Source of the DNA: Candidatus Thorarchaeota archaeon
GTDB lineage: Archaea > Asgardarchaeota > Thorarchaeia > Thorarchaeales > Thorarchaeaceae
Direction: 5' to 3'
Length of the DNA stretch: 64,000 bases
Assembly: GCA_011364985.1 (NCBI GenBank)
Contig: RDOC01000001.1
Location: 1-64,000, forward strand
Shown: in pieces, positions 49,529-59,216 of the stretch
How positions within the stretch are numbered: position 1 is the stretch's first letter
Layout: each line of letters begins with the position of its first letter
Translations under genes and position numbers: made by a program
The notes under the pieces: generated by a model
Seen by the model: the letters and a program-made list of their open reading frames with translations, nothing else
What the model was told of the DNA's origin: nothing
Databases searched by the model: none

Positions 49529-50371
49529 CTACTTTAGGTAAGAGACTTTGGCGATTAGAAACCTGTCTGCTCTCTTTGCAACAGAGGATGGGTTCAGCTC
49601 GCGCAAATTGAGTTCCATCTTCCTAGATTGACTATCAAGCCAGATCTCTCTAGCGTCACGGGCAACAATACTAGCCGCAGCCACTGCCATTACATCTTCG
49701 GCACGAGGCTTCTGAATCAGTCGAATCAATGTTGTATCAAGAACTCTTTCAAGACGAAGCTTTGTCTTGATTCTTGAAAACTCGTCAATGACAACACTGA
49801 TCCCGTCTTCTTTGACGGCCCTACGACACTCCGAAATCGCCTTTGCGTGGCCCCAAGCAAGCAAATCGTTGAGATTCTTGCCCTCTCTCTTCAGTTCGTC
49901 GAATCGCCGGTTGAAGGTTTCAGGAGAGAGCAGAACCACCTTGAAGGAAATGCAATTCCTCTTCACATCCTTGGCCAAGTCATAGATTTGTTTTAGCTTC
50001 AGCTCTTTGCTGTCCATGACGCCTAATGACCTAAGAATGGCTGATTGCAAGGAATTCAGGGCAACTGCCGATATCACCAATGGGCCAAGCCATTCTCCCT
50101 TTCCAGCTTCATCCGACCCGATTATGGTAGACTCGGTTTCGGCGGATTTATAGATCTCCTGAACGGAATTCTGGAGCAATGCACGGGAATAGATATCAGA
50201 AGCAACAACCTTTCCAGTGGTGTAGGCAATTATCGAAGCCTCACCGAAGGACAATCTGAACGACTCAAACTTGGTCTTTGTCCTAGTCTCAAGAGTCCTA
50301 GAATCCTTGAGAAGTGCAGACTTCAGAACGCCCAGTTTCTCAACATCGATCTTGATCACATGGAAGTCCAT
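49529..50371 (-). CDS. rnhC: Ribonuclease HIII
   Basis: TBP-like N-domain (IIAYTTGKVV); IGSDEAGKGEWLGP, GVMDSK, NLNDLLAWGH, VIDEF, VAAASIVARD. Confidence 0.85.
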   Translation of the reverse strand: MDFHVIKIDVEKLGVLKSALLKDSRTLETRTKTKFESFRLSFGEASIIAYTTGKVVASDIYSRALLQNSVQEIYKSAETESTIIGSDEAGKGEWLGPLVISAVALNSLQSAILRSLGVMDSKELKLKQIYDLAKDVKRNCISFKVVLLSPETFNRRFDELKREGKNLNDLLAWGHAKAISECRRAVKEDGISVVIDEFSRIKTKLRLERVLDTTLIRLIQKPRAEDVMAVAAASIVARDAREIWLDSQSRKMELNLRELNPSSVAKRADRFLIAKVSYLK

Positions 50372-50384
50372 TCTCTACTTACCT

Positions 50385-51167
50385 CTATCTAAGATGAATG
50401 ACCTCGCCAGCAGAAACCAAATGCTGCCCATCCCTATTCTTCACAATCAGTCCTCCGCTTGCATCTATTTCAACTGCTGTCCCTCTAAGATTTTCGGTCG
50501 ACAATCGCACCATTACGTCTCTGCCTAGAGTCTCACAGATTTCTGCATAGTTCATGAGAATGGAATCGAATGCACGTGTTTCATAGACTTCCTGCAGTTG
50601 AGAGTCCGCATTATTGATGATGCTAGATGCAAGTACTTCGCGAGTCGGAACAACGTGTGACTCCTCTGCAATCGTTGTCATCGTATTTCGTAGTCTGTCA
50701 GGAAAATCCAAGATTTGTGAGGATATGTTGATACCAATTCCAAGAATTGCCACTAGTCTGCCCTTCGTAGTGGGCACGAGTTCACTGAGTATCCCACCCA
50801 GTTTCTTCCCATTCACAAGTAGGTCGTTTGGCCATTTCAATCGTGCTTGAAGTCGTGCAGTTTCTTCCAATGCAGAGACAGCAGCATTGGCCAGCATGAT
50901 ACCCAACAAAGGACTTGAGGCAGCGCCTGCAGGGGGTTGTAGGACAATGCTGAGATATAGTCCCCCCAGCGGCGAATACCATCTCCGCCCATGGCGCCCT
51001 CTACCATTGACCTGCCTATCGGCAATCACTATGATTCCTTCGCTGCCGCCGTCATCAATCAGTCTCTTTGCTACGAGATTCGTGGACAATGCCTCTTCTA
51101 GACATATGATTCGTGGAGATATCACTTTTGTATCTAAGCCACTGAGAAAAATCCCGGAATTGACCAT
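50385..51167 (-). CDS. birA: Biotin-protein ligase (no HTH domain)
   Basis: STN, QVNGRGRHGRRWYSP, KWPND, KKLGGIL, GIGIN. Confidence 0.95.
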   Translation of the reverse strand: MVNSGIFLSGLDTKVISPRIICLEEALSTNLVAKRLIDDGGSEGIIVIADRQVNGRGRHGRRWYSPLGGLYLSIVLQPPAGAASSPLLGIMLANAAVSALEETARLQARLKWPNDLLVNGKKLGGILSELVPTTKGRLVAILGIGINISSQILDFPDRLRNTMTTIAEESHVVPTREVLASSIINNADSQLQEVYETRAFDSILMNYAEICETLGRDVMVRLSTENLRGTAVEIDASGGLIVKNRDGQHLVSAGEVIHLR

Positions 51168-51281
51168 AGTTCATCCATCATAGATTGATATTGCGGTTTT
51201 CCACAAAAGAGTCATCGCGGATTCCTTTCAGCGAGTACTTATATTATGTATGAATTAGCGAATTCCAGACAGGTGAGCCAA

Positions 51282-52112
51282 ATGCCCAGCTTGGCCGGAG
51301 CAGTCATTCTACCCAAGCACAGAAAGACGCTGCTATTTAAGAATAGAGACATGATCAATCGGAACCATAAGGACGAGCTTTTCTATGACGTCGATTGTTT
51401 TGGGATTCGAGGAGTGGACAATGTTACAGAAAAGGTAGGTGGACTTGCCATTGGAGTAAATAACCACGGTCTTGCTGCAGCAAACACTCATGTAAGAAAC
51501 ATGGATGACCCTTCATACTACCTTCTAACGGAACAGATTTTGATGTTCGCTAAGGATGCTGAAAATGGGCTTGGAATGGTACGCGATCACCTTAGATCCG
51601 GCCGCAAATACCAATGGGGTAATCTTGTACTTGCAGACCGTGATTCGATTCTTGTGATTGAGCTTGCAGGTGACGAACATTCCGTTGAGTGGTCGGAACG
51701 AAAAGCTCTCAGAACAGCGCATCACATCATGCTAGACACGGAAGGGGTCCTAAGATCTAGCCATACACGAGCAGATGAGTACTCGAACTCAGTGAAGCGG
51801 GTTGAGAGGGGCTATGATCTAATACGGAAGGTTTCAAGTGTGAGTGATGTGTTCAATATCCTAAAAGACCATGGGGATAATCTTGGACAGAGCAGCCTCT
51901 GCAAGCATGCCGAGGCATATGGAGACCATGCAACAACTATGAGTTATGTTGTAGAAGTAGACTACTCGGTAGATACTGCTAGACCAAGGATTGTATTTCA
52001 TGTGGCAAAAGGAAATCCATGTCAATCAGCATTTGCATCAATACCAATAGTCTTTCCTGCAGACGAGGAGATAATGAAACGGGCGGCCCAGTTCTATCAT
52101 GGTGATGAATAA
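51282..52112 (+). CDS. Ntn-hydrolase fold protein (C45/C69-like) starting Met-Pro-Ser
   Basis: AGGTGA RBS before ATG 51282; LLFKNRD, GVNNHGL, SLCKH...T, GNPC. Confidence 0.7.
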   Translation: MPSLAGAVILPKHRKTLLFKNRDMINRNHKDELFYDVDCFGIRGVDNVTEKVGGLAIGVNNHGLAAANTHVRNMDDPSYYLLTEQILMFAKDAENGLGMVRDHLRSGRKYQWGNLVLADRDSILVIELAGDEHSVEWSERKALRTAHHIMLDTEGVLRSSHTRADEYSNSVKRVERGYDLIRKVSSVSDVFNILKDHGDNLGQSSLCKHAEAYGDHATTMSYVVEVDYSVDTARPRIVFHVAKGNPCQSAFASIPIVFPADEEIMKRAAQFYHGDE

Positions 52113-52312
52113 GAGCATTTATGATATGAGAACTACTTGCCCAAATTGAATCCTACAAGATCACAAAATGCCTATTTTTGTATAAAAAGAAATCAAATCA
52201 TAATGTTTGTGAATAGATTTATAGTTCTTTAGTCTAATATATAGATATTGCGTGTGCTTAAGGAAAGCATTGGAGAATTGCTTTTCGCGTAAAGCTAAGG
52301 GGAGATATCTTA

Positions 52313-55300
52313 ATGAAGAAGAAACCCTATTTGTTTATGATAGTGTTTTCACTTGTCTTTATTTTGGGAAACATCGTATGTAGCATACCTACTACTCCGA
52401 TCGATCCTGCGACCTCTTCCCAGTCCTTGCTTGGAGAACCAAATCCACCAGTAGGGGTAGAACCAAGGAGGAATGTGGAAGATAATGAATTAGGTGTTCC
52501 TGAGTCTAAGGAAACTGCGAACGTCCGGAATTTCAACAAAACATTCGAACAATGCAAGATCGATCCAACGACTGGTGATTTTGTCTATACAAAGAATGAA
52601 ATCGCGTACGACTGGGTGGATGCTACCAGTGGATCGTGGAACGATTTGAGCATGGACAGCTATGTAGCGCTAAGCCTGCCATTTAGTTTTCCATTCTATG
52701 GAGAAACCTTTACGACTGTGTATGCTTCAAGACACGGCTGGATGTCCTTCTACAATACTGAGCCGTCCTCACCGTGGATCGGAATTGGGTCCAGTAGTGA
52801 GTCCGCTTGGTATGCTGTTGCGCCATATGCCACTCCTATCAGTTTGGAAAATGGGAACCCAGGAGTCTATACTCTTTCCCTAACTTCGCCCAATCGCTTT
52901 GTTGTTGAGTACAACAACGTGTACTCTGAGTATATGCCCTATGTGCTAGTTGGTACCTATCAGATCATATTCTATGAGAATGGCACCATCGATTTCAACT
53001 ATGACTTGGTTGAGAACGAGTACGAGCTACCGTATTCTACAGGTATCAATCACGGTGCCATTTACAGCAACTACGTAGACCACACGTTTGGCTCATTTCC
53101 GGTCGACGATTTGACCCTCCGGTTTGCTCCTCCAGAGAGATGGGTCTTCATCACATCATCCGACATGACTGCCTCGACCGACTACACACTCACGTGGGTT
53201 GGTGATTCCAATGTCACAATTGATGAGTATCATGTGTTTGTTGACTATTCCTACTATGATAGCACAACTTCCGATTACATGGACTTGACAGGACTCAGTA
53301 CTGGCTGGATTTATACCGAAGTCTATATGGAAACGGGAGGACATAACTACACGGTGGGAATGCAGCTCCTTGTGGACACTGATACACCAATAATATCAAT
53401 AGACTACCCATCTGACCCTGGTGAGCTCTACGATGCAAAGGTCAATTGGACTGCATATGATCCAACCTCATACATTTCTTACTATGATATCTTGATCGAT
53501 GGAATCTATCTCAAGACAGTTGATGGATGGATAACAGAAACATACGTGGTCATTCCAAATGAGCAATATCATAACATCACCGTCGTTGCATATGACGCAC
53601 TTGGTCACTTCGATTGGGATTATTCAATAGTATGGTATGAGAGGACTGTCCCAGCTGCCGGATTCGTTCGCACCCACGATGAAAGCGGCCTCTGGGAACT
53701 GCAGGATTACTACCATAATCTTGGGTATCTTAACGACGAGATTTACACCTCTCTTACTTCAAGCCTCCTCAGCTGCTATGATGTCATCTTTATTGGTGGA
53801 GGAGGGACGATGTGGCCAAGTGAGGACATGACAGGGTTGACGGACTATGTCGATGGTGGAGGAATGTTGGTTGCATGCTATGATTGGGGATTCGCTGTAG
53901 GTCTAGATTCCGTGATGGAGAACTACGGCATTAGTGTTCATTCCGCAACTTACACTTATGGTGACAACACAACCTACTTCGAAACCAATCATCCGCTGAT
54001 GGAAAACGTCGCGCAACTTCAGCACTCCGGTATGGAATACACATTTGATCTGAGCTTTCCTTCAAAGGAGTTCATCCGTTCAGCTGACGGACTGAACATT
54101 ATCGGATCAATTCTCGAATTGGGTCCCTCGAAGATTCTGTGCATTGACTATTCGTTCACCTATGACATTTACAGGTCAGACAACTACATTTTCTTTGAAA
54201 ACATCTTCACACACTGGCTGGCTATGGAGGATCATGACCTAGGTGTGGTCTTGGACGTACCGACATCGGCTGGGCAAGGTCAAGCTGTTGATGTTCATGT
54301 GTATGTTGTCAATCAAGGCATCTCAACTGAAATGGGCTTTACCATTGAGCTGTGGGTAGACGAAGTTCTTAAGGACTCACTCTTTGTGAGTTCTCTGGAT
54401 TCAGGTGATTGGGCGGAGCTGCCCACTTCCGTACTCGTGCCTTCACAAAGCGCTATGAATGTAACTGGGTACGTCGCCCCTGTGCCCGGGGAAACACTCC
54501 TCTACAACAACAGACATGAGAGAAACATTCGTGTGGTCTCTTTGACCATATTCAGTCCAATCCCAGATCAGGAAGTACAGGGAGGCCTTGTCTTTGTGAA
54601 CTACACGACGGCAGACTCACCGAATCTACAGAATATTACAGTCTTTGTAAACGAAGTCTGGGTAACTCGTCTCTATGATGTTGCAGACATGATAGACCTT
54701 GGGATGTTCGTGCCAGTTTTCCAGAATGGCTCGAATACGATAACTCTGATGGGGCATTGGGTTGGAGGAGGTATTGCAAACGCAAGTGTCACGATTGAGT
54801 CTTACTATGTAGTTCCTAGGATAGAACCATCCTATGGAGACTATCTAAACTTCACCTTGGCACCCAATGACATGTCGTATTCACAAGATATGAACTTCAC
54901 ATTCACTGATTGGATTTCTCCATTTGTAGTAAACTGCACCATGATCGTCAATCAGACCTCTGGGGGCATCCCGATCATGTATCTGGAAACCTGGATTGCA
55001 GTCAACGTCCTCAACGGATATATATCCGATGGTTGGCCTGGAGCACCAATCGAACAGAGCTGGGTGTATAGACATTGTTTCATTGTGCCTAGTACCCTTA
55101 CACCTGAAACTGTACCGTACTCAACCTACTTAGATGACGAATCGCCCTTAGCGTCTGGGGCCGGCCCAGCAGGGGTTCTTATGGACTGGAACCATGTGCT
55201 GATGTTGGATGTCCCCAGCGAGTGGAATGGGTATGATACTTATAACCTCACCATGTCGATGAGTGGAGTACCCCTCACCGTGATAGTTCTTCAATGTACA

Positions 55301-57175
55301 GGACTGCTCGTTGCCATGGACCAAGCAGGATATATTGGAGGAGAGGCTGTAACTAATCTGCTTCCACCAATTGCGAGGGCTCCGGTAGCGTCGAGTCCTG
55401 ATGATTTCTCAGTCGAGTACGACACAACAAACAATACTTTGGAATGGCTTGTATCAGGGAATAACGCAGACTACTACATCGTCTATCAAAATGATATACC
55501 AATGCCTGCTGACGATTGGTATGTTGGTGTTCCAATTGTTGTGGATCTAGATGGTCTTGACGTCGGGGTCTACAACTTCACCTTGATGCTTTGGGATGTC
55601 AATGGAGAGTGGACTAGCGACATCGTCTGGATTACTGTGGAAGACACGACGGCGCCTATATTGGACCATCCAGATGATCTTGAGATGTCACTTGGCGATT
55701 CTGAATTCATCACTTGGAACCCCTATGACAGCTCTCCAGATCGGTATGAAATACTCGTTGATGACTCGATTGTCGAAGGCGGTCCGTGGGACGGTTTGTC
55801 CGTATCTTACGAGTACTTTGCCACTGAAGTGGGCGTCTTCAACGTCACAATTGCTGTGTATGATGTCTACTCGAATTGGGCTTCAGACACAGTGTGGGTG
55901 ACTGTTGCTGCGCCGGTTGGCGGACTCACGATAGTCGAACCAACATCGAGTCAGACTGTGGTAGGAGGCCAAGTCTATGTTCTTTATGACCCACTTGAAT
56001 CGGACTACCTAGAAACCCTTGATATCTATGTCAACGACGAGATGATATCCTCAATGTTGATCCACATATCACTAGAGTGGGAAGTTATGGTGCCGGTCTT
56101 TCTGAATGGCACGAATAATATAACACTAGTAGGTCACTGGACTGGTGGATCCATTGCTAGCGATTCTGTACTTGTGGAGTCAGTGAACGTTCTCCCCATA
56201 TTCTGGCCAAAGTCAGGGGACTTCATCCAGTACAATGTCACAATCACCTCTGCAAACATGTATCAGTACTATGATATCAGCTTTGATAGCTGGCTGTCCG
56301 AATTTGAGGCAAGATTGTCGATGCATTACATCATAGTGCACTCTGGAATGGTCATCATGGACGAAACCGACTGGGTCATCGTAAATGCGCTCAATGGATA
56401 CATGTCATATGGTCCCACGGGCTGGACGTCCATGTGCTACATGTTTGTCCCCGGCTTTTCAGCGCCCGAGGTGACTCCGTACTCCACGTATCTGGAAGAC
56501 TACGTGCGCCCAGTGGCCAGTATTGGAGACAAGGCACCACTGTCAATGTGGAACATGCTTCAAACTGTAACAAGCTATGACATCTGGAATGGCTATGCCG
56601 TGATAGTATCAAACGGCGTATTTACTGGAACCGTCACGTACCTCCAGTCTACGGGCATGCTGATTGAGATGTGGCAGAACGAAGGGGACGTGCATCTGTA
56701 TATTGTCGACACCAACATGCTTCCGCCAGCCGACAGGGCGCCAATAATGAACAGTCCTGAAGACTTCGAAATCCTAGATACGAGCGATGACAACGGAATC
56801 ATGTGGGTGGCATCAGGAAATCTTCCCGACGTCTATCAAGTCCTGTGCAATGGAGTGCAGGTGGACTCTGGGGATTGGTCAATCGCTGAACCAGTCACCT
56901 ACAATTTTGGTCTGCTGAGTGCTGGTACTTGGAATTTCACAGTTGTCTTCCACGATGAAAGCGGCTCTTGGGCGAGTGACACGGTCATGGTGACTGTGAT
57001 ATCTACCACCACAACAACGACAACCACAACAACGACAACCACTACAACGACGACAACGACCACAACAACGACGACCTGGATTCCGCCTGATGTGATGATG
57101 ATAATCATAATCGGCGGATGCGGAGCTATTGTGATAATAGTCATCATCATACTAATGCTGAAACGTCGTCCTTGA
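52313..57175 (+). CDS. 1620-aa cell-surface glycoprotein (NIDO-like, Ig-like, CARDB-like, internal duplication, Thr linker, TM anchor)
   Basis: Signal peptide; LPFSFPFYGETF...HGWMSF; HDLGV...VVNQG; DTTAPILDHPDD; 24 Thr, TM helix, KRRP. Confidence 0.92.
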   Translation: MKKKPYLFMIVFSLVFILGNIVCSIPTTPIDPATSSQSLLGEPNPPVGVEPRRNVEDNELGVPESKETANVRNFNKTFEQCKIDPTTGDFVYTKNEIAYDWVDATSGSWNDLSMDSYVALSLPFSFPFYGETFTTVYASRHGWMSFYNTEPSSPWIGIGSSSESAWYAVAPYATPISLENGNPGVYTLSLTSPNRFVVEYNNVYSEYMPYVLVGTYQIIFYENGTIDFNYDLVENEYELPYSTGINHGAIYSNYVDHTFGSFPVDDLTLRFAPPERWVFITSSDMTASTDYTLTWVGDSNVTIDEYHVFVDYSYYDSTTSDYMDLTGLSTGWIYTEVYMETGGHNYTVGMQLLVDTDTPIISIDYPSDPGELYDAKVNWTAYDPTSYISYYDILIDGIYLKTVDGWITETYVVIPNEQYHNITVVAYDALGHFDWDYSIVWYERTVPAAGFVRTHDESGLWELQDYYHNLGYLNDEIYTSLTSSLLSCYDVIFIGGGGTMWPSEDMTGLTDYVDGGGMLVACYDWGFAVGLDSVMENYGISVHSATYTYGDNTTYFETNHPLMENVAQLQHSGMEYTFDLSFPSKEFIRSADGLNIIGSILELGPSKILCIDYSFTYDIYRSDNYIFFENIFTHWLAMEDHDLGVVLDVPTSAGQGQAVDVHVYVVNQGISTEMGFTIELWVDEVLKDSLFVSSLDSGDWAELPTSVLVPSQSAMNVTGYVAPVPGETLLYNNRHERNIRVVSLTIFSPIPDQEVQGGLVFVNYTTADSPNLQNITVFVNEVWVTRLYDVADMIDLGMFVPVFQNGSNTITLMGHWVGGGIANASVTIESYYVVPRIEPSYGDYLNFTLAPNDMSYSQDMNFTFTDWISPFVVNCTMIVNQTSGGIPIMYLETWIAVNVLNGYISDGWPGAPIEQSWVYRHCFIVPSTLTPETVPYSTYLDDESPLASGAGPAGVLMDWNHVLMLDVPSEWNGYDTYNLTMSMSGVPLTVIVLQCTGLLVAMDQAGYIGGEAVTNLLPPIARAPVASSPDDFSVEYDTTNNTLEWLVSGNNADYYIVYQNDIPMPADDWYVGVPIVVDLDGLDVGVYNFTLMLWDVNGEWTSDIVWITVEDTTAPILDHPDDLEMSLGDSEFITWNPYDSSPDRYEILVDDSIVEGGPWDGLSVSYEYFATEVGVFNVTIAVYDVYSNWASDTVWVTVAAPVGGLTIVEPTSSQTVVGGQVYVLYDPLESDYLETLDIYVNDEMISSMLIHISLEWEVMVPVFLNGTNNITLVGHWTGGSIASDSVLVESVNVLPIFWPKSGDFIQYNVTITSANMYQYYDISFDSWLSEFEARLSMHYIIVHSGMVIMDETDWVIVNALNGYMSYGPTGWTSMCYMFVPGFSAPEVTPYSTYLEDYVRPVASIGDKAPLSMWNMLQTVTSYDIWNGYAVIVSNGVFTGTVTYLQSTGMLIEMWQNEGDVHLYIVDTNMLPPADRAPIMNSPEDFEILDTSDDNGIMWVASGNLPDVYQVLCNGVQVDSGDWSIAEPVTYNFGLLSAGTWNFTVVFHDESGSWASDTVMVTVISTTTTTTTTTTTTTTTTTTTTTTTTWIPPDVMMIIIIGGCGAIVIIVIIILMLKRRP
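57005..57076 (+). repeat. Poly-threonine codon tract (24 ACN codons)
   Basis: ACC/ACA/ACG/ACT run containing repeated ACCACAACAACGACA units. Confidence 0.9.
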
Positions 57176-57194
57176 GAACAAATGATTCAGTTGG

Positions 57195-57234
57195 CGCTCA
57201 GGATCGAATTGGTCCTGAGCGAATCCTCTTTTTT
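57195..57234 (+). terminator. Hairpin plus T-tract terminator
   Basis: CGCTCAGGATC-GAATT-GGTCCTGAGCG followed by AATCCTCTTTTTT. Confidence 0.65.
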
Positions 57235-57511
57235 CACGATGCAGTTCAAGAGAGTTGCATACTTGCGAATTGCTTTCAAGCCGATTGCATTACAAGGCAG
57301 GTTCCATACGTTAGCAACGCCCATATTCCTTTATGCAGATAAATATATAATTATAATCCTCTGTTTAATCCCTAATACTATTTTAGTATTTTTTACATGC
57401 TCTTGAATGTTATAAGCATTCATATATGTAGATGCATAGACATTAGAATAAGCTCTTCCACAACATACATGACAGTCAGATAGGGATAAGCAGAACTGTC
57501 AGGAGAGTAAA

Positions 57512-57712
57512 ATGTCATCACAAGCCGAGGCGAACCAAGAATCTACTTGGAGGTGGTGTGAAGGCATTCCGCCGTTAGATCCAGTGGACCCCCGACATTC
57601 GTTGAGCCTCTTGCTGGTTGCAGAAGCAAGAGAAGGACAACGGTCGCCAAAGAAATCCATTGATAGCACCCTTCCAAAGCAAGAAGAAGAGAAGAAACAC
57701 CTGGATAACTGA
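57512..57712 (+). CDS. Small hypothetical protein, 66 aa
   Basis: AGGAGAG RBS, ATG start, AT-rich promoter-like region upstream. Confidence 0.45.
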   Translation: MSSQAEANQESTWRWCEGIPPLDPVDPRHSLSLLLVAEAREGQRSPKKSIDSTLPKQEEEKKHLDN

Positions 57713-57807
57713 ATAAACAATATTGAGATTAGTATCCGCCATCGAGCCCACAGGCAGTATCACGGGCCGTATCAATCAGGAATAGAGAGCTTTGCAAAGA
57801 TGCATCC

Positions 57808-59181
57808 CTAGGTGATATCAGAAGCGCCCTTTGGAGGCTTTTCCTGCTTCATTTCTGCAAGTCTCAGGAGTTCTATCTCTTTCTCCTTATTCCTGAAGAA
57901 AGCGTAGAATAGAACGATACCTAGAGCATAAAGCCCGGCTACTAGGAGATAGGGAAGTCTATAGAACCCAGCAGCCAGTAGTGCACCACCTATGTTAGCA
58001 GCTACACCCCTGACAAATGAATCTCCAGACCTAACAACACCAGTGGCCGTTGCCCGTTCTTCCTTCCTTAGTCCTTCCATAAAGAAGGCAGATGAAACAG
58101 GACCGGCCATATTCATCAAAACGTTTCTCACAACATAGGCAACAACCGCGAGGTAGATGGTAGGAGCCCACGAAATCATAAGAAGAAAAGGAATGGATAG
58201 GGCTTCTGTGAACATGATGGTGCGTACCTTACCAAAACGGTCTGCAAGTGCCGGTGCACTGAAATTGCCCACTGCAAGGATGATTGTGTTTATTCCAAAG
58301 ATTAAGCCAATGAGCTCATCTCCCGCTTGGAACTCATTCTTGAAGAAAAGGTTGAAGAACAACACAATCATCCCAGCTCCCAGACCAATTGCTGAAACAG
58401 ATGATGTGTACTTCCCAATGAATCCCCAATTTGTAACATGTCTGAAGCTTATCTCAAGTTTGAACTCCACTACTGAGTCTTTCGACATGGAGAGTAAGAT
58501 AACGAAAGCAATAGCCAGCGGAATGAAACTGAACCAGAGAGTATACCTGTAGGCCCAAATTTGAGTCGTGGAGGATCCGAGAAAATCGAAGAAGAAACCC
58601 GGCAGATAGCCACCACATAGATTTCCCGCAAGAATCGCGAGAAGAGAGATACCACCACTGAATCCGAACAGGTGAGCTCGTTCCTCGGACGTCGAGAGGT
58701 CAGTGACATAAGGCCCCCAAGCGACTTGAGTGAAACCGTCGGCCAGTCCGAGAAGTATCTGTGACAGGATGAGGATGATAGGTTCGATCATGGTGTATTG
58801 AATGAGTACCATTAGAAGAGATATCAGACTGGCAACTATGATTATTCCCTTTCGGCTTCTTCTATCGGTTAGCATTCCGGCGGGGATTGCAACTAGGGCG
58901 GTGGCAAACATTGACACGGAAAGAAAGAAGCCCAGAAAACTTTCTTCAAAAGAAGGTAGGCTGACGATGTAAAGGTTGAAAACAACATTACTTACACCAT
59001 AGGCAAAGGAATCCATTGCACTGATTGCGATCCACAGACGAGCATCCTTCTTGAAGAGACGGACTTTGTCTAAGTAGCCCAATTTGCGTTCTTCGCTCAA
59101 TGGCACACAGTCTCCAGAATGAATTACTTTCCTGGCGAAAATCTCATTCCCTTTATTCATTGCTCTTTGAACATGAACCAC
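57808..59181 (-). CDS. MFS transporter
   Basis: About 12 TM helices; GMLTDRRSRK and ALADRFGKVR motif A copies. Start uncertain. Confidence 0.9.
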   Translation of the reverse strand: MVHVQRAMNKGNEIFARKVIHSGDCVPLSEERKLGYLDKVRLFKKDARLWIAISAMDSFAYGVSNVVFNLYIVSLPSFEESFLGFFLSVSMFATALVAIPAGMLTDRRSRKGIIIVASLISLLMVLIQYTMIEPIILILSQILLGLADGFTQVAWGPYVTDLSTSEERAHLFGFSGGISLLAILAGNLCGGYLPGFFFDFLGSSTTQIWAYRYTLWFSFIPLAIAFVILLSMSKDSVVEFKLEISFRHVTNWGFIGKYTSSVSAIGLGAGMIVLFFNLFFKNEFQAGDELIGLIFGINTIILAVGNFSAPALADRFGKVRTIMFTEALSIPFLLMISWAPTIYLAVVAYVVRNVLMNMAGPVSSAFFMEGLRKEERATATGVVRSGDSFVRGVAANIGGALLAAGFYRLPYLLVAGLYALGIVLFYAFFRNKEKEIELLRLAEMKQEKPPKGASDIT

Positions 59182-59216
59182 AAGGCTAAAACCAAATCAC
59201 TTGCCATGTGTAACAC

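Noticed and set aside
6153-51287. Two independent Cys-to-Pro catalytic substitutions (thiolase, Ntn hydrolase) as evidence of codon reassignment
   Set aside because: Different Pro codons are used (CCT, CCC), and other proteins use Pro and Cys normally at conserved positions; treated as coincidence.
56899-57150. Poly-Val ORFs on the minus strand (also 15238-15732)
   Set aside because: Antisense read-outs of poly-Thr linkers.
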